Shown: positions 51,081-63,973, numbered from the whole stretch's first letter. The stretch: 63,973 nucleotides of DNA, filler included, from Octopus bimaculoides (GCF_001194135.2; 9 parts of 9 records of this genome joined end to end with filler, not necessarily neighbours in it); one strand, 5' to 3'. Program-made: numbers and translations. The notes: generated from the letters alone by a model not told the origin.

Positions 51081-52249
51081 CGGCTAACTAAAGAGATGTT
51101 GGCGTGGGTTCGCAACCCGGCATCCGAAACTCGCAGTTTTATCATGGCTACCGAATAATGTCACATATTTTTACAGATAAATTCCTCTATTTACATAATA
51201 TCGAGGTTTCTTTCTTTCTTTTGATGTCATTTCTATCAATATATATATATATANNNNNNNNNNNNNNNNNNNNNNNNNNNNNNNNNNNNNNNNNNNNNNN
51301 NNNNNNNNNNNNNNNNNNNNNNNNNNNNNNNNNNNNNNNNNNNNNNNNNNNNNNNNNNNNNNNNNNNNNNNNNNNNNNNNNNNNNNNNNNNNNNNNNNNN
51401 NNNNNNNNNNNNNNNNNNNNNNNNNNNNNNNNNNNNNNNNNNNNNNNNNNNNNNNNNNNNNNNNNNNNNNNNNNNNNNNNNNNNNNNNNNNNNNNNNNNN
51501 NNNNNNNNNNNNNNNNNNNNNNNNNNNNNNNNNNNNNNNNNNNNNNNNNNNNNNNNNNNNNNNNNNNNNNNNNNNNNNNNNNNNNNNNNNNNNNNNNNNN
51601 NNNNNNNNNNNNNNNNNNNNNNNNNNNNNNNNNNNNNNNNNNNNNNNNNNNNNNNNNNNNNNNNNNNNNNNNNNNNNNNNNNNNNNNNNNNNNNNNNNNN
51701 NNNNNNNNNNNNNNNNNNNNNNNNNNNNNNNNNNNNNNNNTTCCCAAATATATTTGAGTTTATTTTCAGTGGTTCAGCTTTATGCTTTCTACCTAAAATT
51801 AAAGTGAATAAGTTGTACTTCATTTAACAGTTATTTCTTCAATCCCCCCATAAAAGGAATCATCTCCCAAACGATTTCTTGTAGTTACAGGGTAATGATA
51901 TTTTATGTTCAACGATATTATAATCTGAAAAGTAACTGATAAAATGAGAAAATATCTAAAATTCAGGCGCAACTGCGTATTTCAATACGCATCTTCCCTG
52001 TTTGGGATGCATCGATTTAGCTTTCAGTATTTGAATTTTAGTAATTTAACATTTCAGGCATCTTAATGGTTTAGTTTTTTTGTGCTTCTTTTTTTTATTA
52101 CTAACAGTACAAATACGTTTTATCCTCAAAAATTGAGATTTCGGATTTCACCGAATTATATGATGTGGATAATCGGAGCGGCGATGAAGGTGAGATGACG
52201 TGGGCTTGAAAAATAGTTCTGTCTCTATTCTGCCTCCAGAATACTTAAG

Positions 52250-53232
52250 CTATGTGTCCAAAAATTCAACGCTAGTCTTTGAAAAACTAGACGTACATTT
52301 TACGTTGGACATAAAGCCATAGCTTTTAGTATAACAGTCACAGAAATGCAAGATTTTCAACCCAGCGTCAATAAATTTGTCACATAACATTCGTCCCGAA
52401 AGTAAAAACGACTTCTCCTCATGTTTCAAAGCAAATGTTCTCAACCAAAATGTTCCCTTGTCCAATGGCTCAGAGGAATGGGAAATCAGCTTTATCAGCT
52501 TCTTTTCCTTTTTCTGTCTTCGGTGCCGAAATTTCCTTTTCTTCAAAGTTCATCAAAAAATTACAAAAATATTTCAAACGATATTTAGAACATACCTTTT
52601 CAAAAACACTCTAATTCTCCTTAATGTCTGCACCAAGTAATACTAATTTTGAACGATAGCGTTCAATAATAGCTTCCATTATCTTAAATGAATTGCTCTC
52701 ATCAATCAATTTAAACTTTTGAAGTAACGAATCGTCAGGTCGTGTTGCACACTTTGGTGTGTTTGACGTAAGACCGCCCGGCGTAACTTTCTATAGTTTG
52801 CATGTTTCTAGAAATGATGAATAGCTCATGATTTTAGCACGAAAACGATTAAGCTTTTTACCTGATAGAAATGTCGATTTCTAGCATACAGTCCACACTG
52901 CCCACTGTTCATTCATCACACCAGGAACGACCATTTTGTTTTGTCGACCAAAAAACGAAATGAAAAAGAAGAAAATTCAATCAGTCATGTCATTCACCCG
53001 TCCCGGGCGTGATGTTAATAACCCACAAACATATTTCTCCTCATGCATTCTGAGAAGCGAAAGTGAAGTAAATTCAGAATATTTTCTGAGACTATGCACT
53101 TTCAAGTCTTTTTCAAAATTGAAGACGCTTGAAACGAAATGTTCAGCAAGTTCTGTCGAACTACTGTTATTGTGCTTGACGTCGAATCTGTACCCATTAA
53201 ACCTTTTGTTTAATTGTTCTGTTGTACAACCA
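52250..53232 (-). mobile_element. Penelope-like element: GIY-YIG 3' end, then ORF N-terminus and RT remnant
   Basis: CTTEQLNKRFNGYRFDVKHNN...TELAEHF...EEKYVCGLLTSRPGRVN* (53232-52980), then SSFLETCKL*KVTPGGL..., then SKTSVEFLDT. Confidence 0.75.
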
Positions 53233-53531
53233 NNNNNNNNNNNNNNNNNNNNNNNNNNNNNNNNNNNNNNNNNNNNNNNNNNNNNNNNNNNNNNNNNNNN
53301 NNNNNNNNNNNNNNNNNNNNNNNNNNNNNNNNNNNNNNNNNNNNNNNNNNNNNNNNNNNNNNNNNNNNNNNNNNNNNNNNNNNNNNNNNNNNNNNNNNNN
53401 NNNNNNNNNNNNNNNNNNNNNNNNNNNNNNNNNNNNNNNNNNNNNNNNNNNNNNNNNNNNNNNNNNNNNNNNNNNNNNNNNNNNNNNNNNNNNNNNNNNN
53501 NNNNNNNNNNNNNNNNNNNNNNNNNNNNNNN

Positions 53532-53566
<35 letters not shown>

Positions 53567-55588
53567 AACATATATATGTCTGTGTATGTTTATTTATATA
53601 AATATATACACACACAAACACACGAAATAGATGAGAGATGAGATGATGAGTTTTGATTTTATTCAACATAATCCCTTCTCAGATCCATACACTTATTGTA
53701 GCGGTCCTTCAGTTTTTTCTAAGACCTGTAAAAGAACTCGGAATGCTGGGCCTCCAACCAAGCATTTCGTGATACCCTTAAAGCCAGAAACTTTTTGGCA
53801 CCCCTCGTGTGTATCCGTGTGTTAGCTTGATTGTTAACCTATGCTAATGATCGTTAGCGTCAAAGCTTGTGTATAACTCTACTTTTCATGTGTGCATGTT
53901 TATGGTATGTGTGTATTTCCATGTTTGTGCGTATGTTAAATATATGTCTATAACAGTGAGCTTGTGTATGCGTTTGCTTGTGTGTGTGTGTGTGTGTGTG
54001 TAGCATTATGCGTGTTGTAGTGTGTATGTGTTTGTATGAATGTCAGTATATGTGTCTGCGTGTACTTGCGTGTGTGCTTGTGTATGTATTTGTGTGTTTG
54101 TAAGTACTATGTGTGTATGAATGTAAACGTGTGCCTGAATTTGTATATGCATATTTATATAGTTATATGTATTATGTGCGTATGAATGTAAGTTTGTTTG
54201 TGTTTGTGCGCGTGTGGTTTTGTATATGTATGCACATATTATGTGCGTATGAATGTAAGTTTATGCGTATTTTGTGTGTTTGGATGTGCTTTTGTGTTAA
54301 ATACGTGTGTACGACTGTAAGTTAGTGTTTGCGTGTGTATGTTTGGCTGTATCTTTGAATGTGTAAGTTTGTTTCAGTGCGTGTGTGTGTCTGTACGTTG
54401 TTATTTAAGTTGTCTGTAACTGGTAGAGTGTGTTTATGTGTGTATATTTGTATCTATGCCAGAGTAAGTGTTGATTATAAGAGTAGGAAAGTAACTTTCT
54501 GTGTGTGTGTGTGTGTGTTAACTATGTGTGTATAACAGTAAGCAGGCGTCTGTTTGTGTATGCGTATGACAATTACGAATGTGTGTGTGCGTATGTTCGT
54601 GTGTGCCTCTGTGTGTGTGTATGCGTGCGTATGTGTACGTGTGTACGTGTGTGTGTGTGTGTGCATGTGTGTATGTATGTCCGTATGTATACCTGTGTGT
54701 GCGTCCATGGGTGTGTATGGATGTGTGTGTGTGCATATGTGCGTGTGTGTGTGTGTATGTGTCCGTATGTGCGTGTCGGTTGGTGCGCGTGTGTGCTTGC
54801 GTGTGCGCGCGTGTGTCCCCATGAGTGTGTGCGCATGTGTGTTTTTCCGTATGTGTGTACGACCGTGTGTGCGCGTGTGTGTGTGTATCCGTGTGTGTGT
54901 GTATCCGTGTGTGTGTGCTTGTGTGTGTGTGTGTGTGTGTGTATGGTTGTGTGTGCTCGTATGTGCGTGGCGGTGGGTACGCTTCTGTGCATATCTGNNN
55001 NNNNNNNNNNNNNNNNNNNNNNNNNNNNNNNNNNNNNNNNNTTAATTAATTAANNNNNNNNNNNNNNNNNNNNNNNNNNNNNNNNNNNNNNNNNNNNTAT
55101 ATATATATATATATATATATGTATATGTATGTGTGTGTGTATGTTTGCGTGTCTGTATTTTTCCCATCCCCCAACATCGCTTGACAACTTATTGTGGTGT
55201 GTTTACGTCGCCCGTAACTTAGCGGTTCGGCAAAAGAGATCAATAGAATAAGTACTAGGCTTACAAAGAATAAGTCCTGAGGTCGATTTGCTCGACTAAA
55301 AGGTGGTGCCCCAGCATGGCCACAGTCAAATGACTGAAACAAGTAAAAGAGTAAAAGAGTAAGTCAAACCAAAGCGGGAGATGAATGAAACTAGAGGAAA
55401 GGCGATGAAATTGTTGCTAGTCTCAGGCATGGTCCTGCAGTTAAGATGTTTCATCTTTCAAGCACTTGGTTTCGTGTTCGATCCCAATGCATGTAATTTT
55501 AGGCAAACGTCTTTTACGGCATCGATGCATTGTAAATGAAATAGGGAAACTGTGTGGAAGTTCGTCATGTAATTTTTTTTTTTTTTTA

Positions 55589-56028
55589 CTTGATGCAGTC
55601 TCAGCTTCGCTGGGCAGGGCACGTAGCTCGCATGTCAGACGATCGATTACCAAAAAGATTGCTCTTTAGCGAGCTGCAAAAGGGAAAGCGCTCACAAGGT
55701 GGCCAGAAGAAGCGCTTTAAGGACATACTGAAAGCCTTCAACATCGACCATGATATTTGAGAGCAGTGTGCTCTAGACAGAGAAAGGTGGTGATCAGCTG
55801 TTCACAAGGGTGCCAACACAAGCGAGACCAATAGGATCGCTGCTGCAGAAAACCGCAGACCAGCCAGGAAGAACAGAGCTAACAACCCTGTAGCAGGCAC
55901 TACCATTCCCTGTCCACACTGTCAAAGACTCTTTCGGGCGCAGATTGGCCTCACTAGCCATCTGCGGACTCACAAAACAAGCCCACCCCCAACCTAGAAT
56001 GACTAGATGGTCTTCGTCGCATCGACGG

Positions 56029-56030
<2 letters not shown>
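55589..56030 (+). mobile_element. RTE (BovB-like) LINE 3' end with C2H2 finger
   Basis: [43 protein letters not shown]...CPHCQRLFRAQIGLTSHLRTH, then a (GA)n tail. Confidence 0.9.
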
Positions 56031-56060
<30 letters not shown>

Positions 56061-57196
56061 NNNNNNNNNNNNNNNNNNNNNNNNNNNNNNNNNNNNNNNN
56101 NNNNNNNNNNNNNNNNNNNNNNNNNNNNNNNNNNNNNNNNNNNNNNNNNNNNNNNNNNNNNNNNNNNNNNNNNNNNNNNNNNNNNNNNNNNNNNNNNNNN
56201 NNNNNNNNNNNNNNNNNNNNNNNNNNNNNNNNNNNNNNNNNNNNNNNNNNNNNNNNNNNNNNNNNNNNNNNNNNNNNNNNNNNNNNNNNNNNNNNNNNNN
56301 NNNNNNNNNNNNNNNNNNNNNNNNNNNNNNNNNNNNNNNNNNNNNNNNNNNNNNNNNNNNNNNNNNNNNNNNNNNNNNNNNNNNNNNNNAAATCTCCAGT
56401 ATGCCAACTTCTAGTTAATTGCATTCTTGTATCGTGTCTCCCTGATTCCGAGTTCGAGTGTGGACTGGACATTGACAGTATTTTCTATAGTAATTCTAAG
56501 ATCGATAGAAACAAAAACAAAAGACAAATGAAGCAAAAATAAAAGAAATAATTAAAGAAAAAAGAAAACAACTATAAAAAAACAAATGCGAAAACTGTAC
56601 AAAAAAATCGATTGAGTTGATTATACTCTTTCACCTTAAGACTAAAGAGAAAAGAAGAAAAAAAACAATAATAATGACGTTCTTCTGTCAGATCAAAAGA
56701 GATCAATATTCTCGTTCATAAATGATACTCGCTGAATTTAACCACAGACAAAAAACAAAACAAAAACAAAACCCAGCTTCACAAGAAATCAGAAAATTTG
56801 CAAGAACATTAAAGACAAAAAAAGGAACCACTATGAAAGGCGTTGATATCTGACTCAACTGCGATAAAATTCTTTCGGTCAGTAAAGTTAGTCACAAGAC
56901 GCTACTGCATCTTCTTCAAGACTTTACCATTTATCCTCCTCCTCTCTATCGTCTCTTTTCGCTTGTTTATTCCTTATTTTGGTTATTCCAAATATTTTGT
57001 TATTGGAATTAGTCGTTTTTTTGTTTGTTTGTTTGGTTGGTTTTTGTTTTTATTTATTTTGTTTTTTGAATCAGTTGACTTTTTCGTTTTCCTCAGTGGA
57101 ACTGAGTTTCATCTGGCTGGCGTCTGTGTGGGTGGGGTTATCAGCAAAGATAACCCACACGGCGAAACTGTCGTCTTTACATACACACACACACAC

Positions 57197-57229
<33 letters not shown>

Positions 57230-57242
57230 CATATACATACAT

Positions 57243-57279
<37 letters not shown>

Positions 57280-57644
57280 CCTTATTTATATAAATATATA
57301 TATATACATGTATATATGTATGTATGTATATTTATATATTTATACGCACGCATATATACATACATGCACACACATGTACCTATATGTACGTATGAATGGA
57401 TACATACATATATATATATATATCAATCAATAAATAAATATACATACACACATATATGTATGTGTGTATGTATATTTATATATTATATACGCACGCATAT
57501 ATACAGGTGCGCGGGCGCATACACACACACACACACACACACACNNNNNNNNNNNNNNNNNNNNNNNNNNNNNNNNNNNNNNNNNNNNTTAATTAATTAA
57601 NNNNNNNNNNNNNNNNNNNNNNNNNNNNNNNNNNNNNNNNNNNN

Positions 57645-57712
57645 CCTAACCCTAACCCTAACCCCAACCCTAACCCTAAAACCCGAACCCTAACCCTAAA
57701 ACCCTAGACCCC
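57645..57712. repeat. Interstitial telomeric-type (CCCTAA)n tract, degenerate
   Basis: CCTAACCCTAACCCTAACCCCAACCCTAACCCTAAAACCCGAACCCTAACCCTAAAACCCTA. Confidence 0.85.
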
Positions 57713-59053
57713 TACTAGGGAATAATGATATAATTAAACAGGGAATAACACACTTGACACCGAACAGCACTAACTGTATTCAGCTGAATAGACGTCAGTG
57801 ATTGGTTGAAATTACAGAAATACGACAACTTTAACATGAAATAACTTGCGACGTATAATTTTTTGTTAAGAAGGTTAAGAGAAGAAGTTGTTTTATATGA
57901 CACATTCTACCAGTGTCCCAAGTTTGAAAGTGTTTCGTTAAGAAAACAAATGTTGCCCGTCAAATCACAAAGATCCATAAACTTTAAAAAAAAGTCCTCG
58001 AGTCGTTTCATTAGAATAAAACACTCCACAGCGGTGCCGCAGCATGGGCGCAGTCAGATGACTGAAACAAGTTAAAGGTAAAAAATAAGATATATATTCT
58101 ACGCGCAAACACACACACACACACACACACGCACACACGCACACACACACATGCACACACACGCACACACACACATGCACACACACGCACACACACACAC
58201 ACACACGGACGCACACATACACACACACACGCACATACATACATACATACGCATACATATGCTTGGTGGTGTGCTAAAATGTTTGCCTCTCAAATACATT
58301 GTTCCTGGTTCAGTTCCACTGCACGTCAGTTGTGCAAGTGTCTTCTACTATCGCCTCGGGTCTACCAAAGCCACATATGTGTGTGTGTGTGTATGTGTAT
58401 ATATGTGCCTGTATGTATGTGTGTGTATATGTATGTACGGGCGTGTATGTATTTGTGTGTATGCGTGTGCGTATCTTTCTGTTTCTCCTCCACCACTGCT
58501 TGACAAACGGCGTTAGTTTGTTTATGTCTGTAATTTAGCGGTTCCACAAGAAGTGGCCGTTAGAATAAAGACAGGCTTTAAAATACAAATACTGGGTACG
58601 ATTCATTCGATTAAAACTTGTGAAGGCAGTACCACTGCATGGCCGCAGTCCAATGACTGAAACAAGTAAAAGATAAAAAAATAAAGACACATACATATAT
58701 GTATTCACAGACATAGTCACTCGTATTAATTCAAGGGGATAAACAGAACTTAGCACATAATTATCATGTTTGTTCCACCCTAATTTATGGGTCAGGCAGT
58801 AGACTCTCTCGGCATTGCAGAGGCCAACATCCAGGAGCGGAAGAGTCTATTGCTGGTAGGTTGACTTTGGTCGGTGAACAATGACTTGTACATCCCTTGT
58901 AGGCCTTAAGAGGCATATGGCGCATCATTAGATATGGGAAGACCAGAGGTGAGATGTTTCTTAGACTGAAATGTGATAAAGTGGTCTTCACATGTTTACA
59001 AGCTGACTTCCATACTATCTATCTATCTATCGATCTATCTATCTATCTATCTA

Positions 59054-59109
<56 letters not shown>

Positions 59110-59209
59110 NNNNNNNNNNNNNNNNNNNNNNNNNNNNNNNNNNNNNNNNNNNNTTAATTAATTAANNNNNNNNNNNNNNNNNNNNNNNNNNNNNNNNNNN
59201 NNNNNNNNN

Positions 59210-59277
<68 letters not shown>

Positions 59278-59572
59278 AACGAGCATACACGAACAAGGAT
59301 ACTTTTATACCTACATACATACGTACATACATACACATATATACATACATGCATACATACATACATACATACATACATTCATACATGCATGCATGCATAC
59401 ATACATACATGCATAAGTACATGCATACATACATGCATACATACATGCCAGGATATATATGTCGGTAACCTAAAAGCAATACAGAAAGGAAAAAGAAAAA
59501 GAAATGTAATCTTAGTAGCTTTTACCTGCCTGCGGCCTCCTTTGATGTTGCTCTTCCATCTGGGTAATAATG

Positions 59573-59622
<50 letters not shown>

Positions 59623-61174
59623 GATGATGATGATGATAATGATGATGATGATGATGATGATGATAATATATTCATATACATATACCTGTATGTACGTACG
59701 CACGTATATATNNNNNNNNNNNNNNNNNNNNNNNNNNNNNNNNNNNNNNNNNNNNNNNNNNNNNNNNNNNNNNNNNNNNNNNNNNNNNNNNNNNNNNNNN
59801 NNNNNNNNNNNNNNNNNNNNNNNNNNNNNNNNNNNNNNNNNNNNNNNNNNNNNNNNNNNNNNNNNNNNNNNNNNNNNNNNNNNNNNNNNNNNNNNNNNNN
59901 NNNNNNNNNNNNNNNNNNNNNNNNNNNNNNNNNNNNNNNNNNNNNNNNNNNNNNNNNNNNNNNNNNNNNNNNNNNNNNNNNNNNNNNNNNNNNNNNNNNN
60001 NNNNNNNNNNNNNNNNNNNNNNNNNNNNNNNNNNNNNNNNNNNNNNNNNNNNNNNNNNNNNNNNNNNNNNNNNNNNNNNNNNNNNNNNNNNNNNNNNNNN
60101 NNNNNNNNNNNNNNNNNNNNNNNNNNNNNNNNNNNNNNNNNNNNNNNNNNNNNNNNNNNNNNNNNNNNNNNNNNNNNNNNNNNNNNNNNNNNNNNNNNNN
60201 NNNNNNNNNNNNNNNNNNNNNNNNNNNNNNNNNNNNNNNNNNNNNNNNNNNNNNNNNNNNNNNNNNNNNNNNNNNNNNNNNNNNNNNNNNNNNNNNNNNN
60301 NNNNNNNNNNNNNNNNNNNNNNNNNNNNNNNNNNNNNNNNNNNNNNNNNNNNNNNNNNNNNNNNNNNNNNNNNNNNNNNNNNNNNNNNNNNNNNNNNNNN
60401 NNNNNNNNNNNNNNNNNNNNNNNNNNNNNNNNNNNNNNNNNNNNNNNNNNNNNNNNNNNNNNNNNNNNNNNNNNNNNNNNNNNNNNNNNNNNNNNNNNNN
60501 NNNNNNNNNNNNNNNNNNNNNNNNNNNNNNNNNNNNNNNNNNNNNNNNNNNNNNNNNNNNNNNNNNNNNNNNNNNNNNNNNNNNNNNNNNNNNNNNNNNN
60601 NNNNNNNNNNNNNNNNNNNNNNNNNNNNNNNNNNNNNNNNNNNNNNNNNTATGAGTGTATATTTGTATATATCTGTATACGTATTGAATCTATCTTACCA
60701 CACTTGCACATTTTGTGTCTGTGTTTGTAAGTACAGAAAAATATTTGTGTGCATATGTGGTAAAGTTTATGTTAATATATATATATGCATATGTATATGA
60801 GTGTGCCCGCGCGTGTATGTGTGTGGATTTGTTGTGTGCATGTGTGTATGTAGGAACATAATTTTGTTTTTTTCGAGTGCAGAATGGAGTAGAAAAGCAG
60901 TTAATAAGTGAAGAACTTAATTTAATTTGTACTATTGAGAACTAAAGCTACATCACCAGAATTGATCAGCTTCGGTGTTTCGCCTGAAGAGCGCCATTGA
61001 ATTACAACTGAAACGAAAAGGATGTTTTTAGAAAAGAAGTGAATACACGTGTGGTCGAGGTATTGTGGTACTCTGTACATGTCTGGGGACGTGGGAATTG
61101 TCTGTTTATGCTGTTTGATGTTTTGTGAGCACTGTGTATACTGTGTTATCCCAACACACTCAAACGTATATATA

Positions 61175-61213
<39 letters not shown>

Positions 61214-61266
61214 GTGTGGTGGTGCTCCAGCTTGATCACAGCCAGTTGGCTGAAACGCATGAATAA

Positions 61267-61301
<35 letters not shown>

Positions 61302-61910
61302 NNNNNNNNNNNNNNNNNNNNNNNNNNNNNNNNNNNNNNNNNNNNNNNNNNNNNNNNNNNNNNNNNNNNNNNNNNNNNNNNNNNNNNNNNNNNNNNNNNN
61401 NNNNNNNNNNNNNNNNNNNNNNNNNNNNNNNNNNNNNNNNNNNNNNNNNNNNNNNNNNNNNNNNNNNNNNNNNNNNNNNNNNNNNNNNNNNNNNNNNNNN
61501 NNNNNNNNNNNNNNNNNNNNNNNNNNNNNNNNNNNNNNNNNNNNNNNNNNNNNNNNNNNNNNNNNNNNNNNNNNNNNNNNNNNNNNNNNNNNNNNNNNNN
61601 NNNNNNNNNNNNNNNNNNNNNNNNNNNNNNNNNNNNNNNNNNNNNNNNNNNNNNNNNNNNNNNNNNNNNNNNNNNNNNNNNNNNNNNNNNNNNNNNNNNN
61701 NNNNNNNNNNNNNNNNNNNNNNNNNNNNNNNNNNNNNNNNNNNNNNNNNNNNNNNNNNNNNNNNNNNNNNNNNNNNNNNNNNNNNNNNNNNNNNNNNNNN
61801 NNNNNNNNNNNNNNNNNNNNNNNNNNNNNNNNNNNNNNNNNNNNNNNNNNNNNNNNNNNNNNNNNNNNNNNNNNNNNNNNNNNNNNNNNNNNNNNNNNNN
61901 NNNNNNNATT

Positions 61911-62140
61911 ATTAGAATGGCCAAGCCAGTCACCTGACTTGAACCCCATTGAAAATTTGTGGCGTTATTTGAAAATTAAAACTCATTCAAGAGCCCCAAC
62001 ATGCATTCCAGATTTGAAGAAAATTTGTCGAGAAGAATGGGAAAAAATTCCTAAAGAAACATGCGAGTCATTGATTAAGAACTACAAGAAGAGATTGGTT
62101 GAAGTGGAACTGAATAATGGTTATGCTACGAAGTATTAAA
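61911..62140 (+). mobile_element. Tc1-family transposase C-terminal fragment
   Basis: [21 protein letters not shown]...EEWEKIP...[22 protein letters not shown]. Confidence 0.9.
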
Positions 62141-62430
62141 TCAGAATTATCAGTTATTTATGTTCTGTACGAATACCTTTTTCACCCCTAAATATTTATA
62201 TTTGTATATAAATTCATTAGTTAGTATAATTTATTAGTTTCTTTTCCATATTCTTAGTTTATGTATGTGTATGTAGATATAGTATTGGTATATCCCATTT
62301 ATGTTCATTAGAAATTAAATAAATGAATAATTTTTGACATGTACGAATATGTATTTCCCACCTCTGAATATTACTGTAATATCAACGCCAGGCAGAGTTT
62401 AGGCATTAACGAACTTTCGGTTGGTTTGAC

Positions 62431-62632
62431 TATGTTTGTGACATATTTAAACTGCTAAGGGCAAAATCACTGCAGTTACCGTGGAGAAAGAATTTTCTCT
62501 TATGGTAATCCGACAGGTGGCAGCACTGGACAGATATTCTGTGTTTACATCTTTTTAGCAGAAGAGAGAATGTTTTCTCCGCGGTAACAGCAGCGAATTT
62601 GCCATTGGCAGTTGAAATATGTCACAAACATA
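62431..62632. mobile_element. MITE with ~70-bp TIRs
   Basis: TATGTTTGTGACATATTT...TTCTCTT (62431-62501) matches the reverse complement of 62562-62632; TA at both ends. Confidence 0.8.
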
Positions 62633-62938
62633 TTTTAACGAACATAAAGTTCGCATACATGTGTGTGTGGGTGTGTAAACATATACATATATATACATAC
62701 ATATATATATGTGTGTGTGTGTGTGTGTGTNNNNNNNNNNNNNNNNNNNNNNNNNNNNNNNNNNNNNNNNNNNNTTAATTAATTAANNNNNNNNNNNNNN
62801 NNNNNNNNNNNNNNNNNNNNNNNNNNNNNNGAGCCGACCGGTGGATAAATATTCATTTTCAATAAAGTTATGGGGATAAGATCGTGTGAAGTGAGCAATA
62901 TTGGTTCATATAAAATCTAAGAACGTGTTAAAACGTCC

Positions 62939-63029
62939 GTCCGCATAGCTCAGTCGGTAGAGCTTCAGCCTTTTAATCGCTAAATGAACAAATGATCTGA
63001 AGGTCGTGAGTTCACGTCTCCCGTCCGAA
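62939..63029 (+). tRNA. tRNA-Lys(UUU)-like pseudogene with 19-nt intron at the canonical 37/38 site
   Basis: GTCCGCATAGCTCAGTCGGTAGAGC-TTCAGCCTTTTA-[62976-62994]-ATCTGAAGGTC-GTGAGTTCACGTCTCCC; acceptor, anticodon and T stems have mismatches; T-run downstream. Confidence 0.7.
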
Positions 63030-63661
63030 TGAACGTTTTCATTTTACTTGATTGAAATGTTTTGCATATCTGAATTGGATGTTAAATTATCGTCCTATAT
63101 TGATGGTTTTTATGGTTTTTATTACTTATAATGTTTATTAACAACACTTTACATTCTAATTTCATATCCAGTCGTGGTCAACTTTGTCTTTCACTACCCC
63201 AGCTTCAATAAAACAAAGTACCAGTCAAGAACTAGAAGAATGCTCTCTTCAAAATTATTTGCTTTTATCTGAATCAGAAACAATTATCGCAAAGAGCAAG
63301 CTAAGAGAATCCTTGGAAAGTCGGAAAACATACATTGCCGTATTTGCTCCGACACTTTAATTTCTGAGTTCAAATACCGCCGAGGTCAACTTTGAATTTC
63401 AGTTTTTAAGGCCTTAAAAATAAAGTAAGTGGAAGTCACTGGAGCCAATGGTCTTAATCAATCAGTAACCAAGTAAATAAATAAGTAAAGTATACGTTGG
63501 TCATGTTACTAAATGAGAAACCTGAAAACTTTGCATTTTTTTGCTTTAAGTCGAGTATCTCCTAGGAAAATTTTGGTGGATCAAGTCGAGGGAGGTGGAA
63601 GACAGACAGACAGAGACAGCTGAGGTGGAAGACAGACAGACAGAGACAGACAGAGACAGAC

Positions 63662-63734
<73 letters not shown>

Positions 63735-63771
63735 CAGAGACAGAGTTAGCCCACATGCAGTCAGTTTACAT

Positions 63772-63875
63772 CAGAGATTCTCAAACTTTTTGGGTCCTTT
63801 TTCTTACACACCAGAACCCACATGGACCCTCTCGACACCCACCGGGAAGTTGTAGCGCCCACTTTCAGAACCTAT
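63772..63875. mobile_element. Possible hAT-type MITE remnant
   Basis: CAGAGATTCTCAAACTTTT ... CACTTTCAGAACCTA, resembling hAT termini CAG.GGTTCTCAAAC. Confidence 0.35.
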
Positions 63876-63973
63876 AATTTACGTAACTGAAACCACTGCT
63901 AACTGTTTTATTCAAGGTCTAACTAAACGAGGTCTAGTTTATCGAGCTTTGATGAAGTTAGCGTGTTAAAAAT

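Noticed and set aside
9357-62786. TTAATTAATTAA islands inside N runs (9357, 13651, 29736, 43131, 55042, 57589, 59154, 62775)
   Set aside because: Identical 12-mer with stops in all six frames, always embedded in Ns: an assembly spacer, not biology.
1-63973. CRISPR arrays, rRNA genes or prokaryotic operons
   Set aside because: No repeat-spacer arrays or such genes seen; the 73-bp and 135-bp periodicities are SINE-head and simple tandem duplications.

Overview
Eukaryotic, AT-rich, microsatellite-dense, gappy draft-assembly DNA. The SINE families and repeat landscape look like a cephalopod (Octopus-type) genome; this is an inference. Most listed ORFs are microsatellite or N artefacts. Supported content: (1) a multi-exon minus-strand host gene (~42.9 kb to ~15 kb) built from phase-1/phase-1 exons, encoding C-type-lectin-like domains plus a Thr/Ser mucin stalk, with signs of decay in its 3' half; (2) many mobile-element fragments (Penelope-like, R4/Dong, RTE and CR1-type LINEs; Tc1/mariner; MITEs; several tRNA-derived SINE families); (3) an intron-containing tRNA-Lys(UUU)-like pseudogene; (4) an interstitial TTAGGG tract. 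The most striking signal is eight minimal Penelope-type hammerhead ribozyme motifs from several unrelated short elements. One is a tRNA-headed SINE carrying an intact hammerhead, inserted as a head-to-head inverted pair between 13-bp target-site duplications. This suggests non-autonomous, hammerhead-bearing SINEs mobilised by Penelope-like elements. All coordinates were read by eye, and repeat boundaries are approximate.
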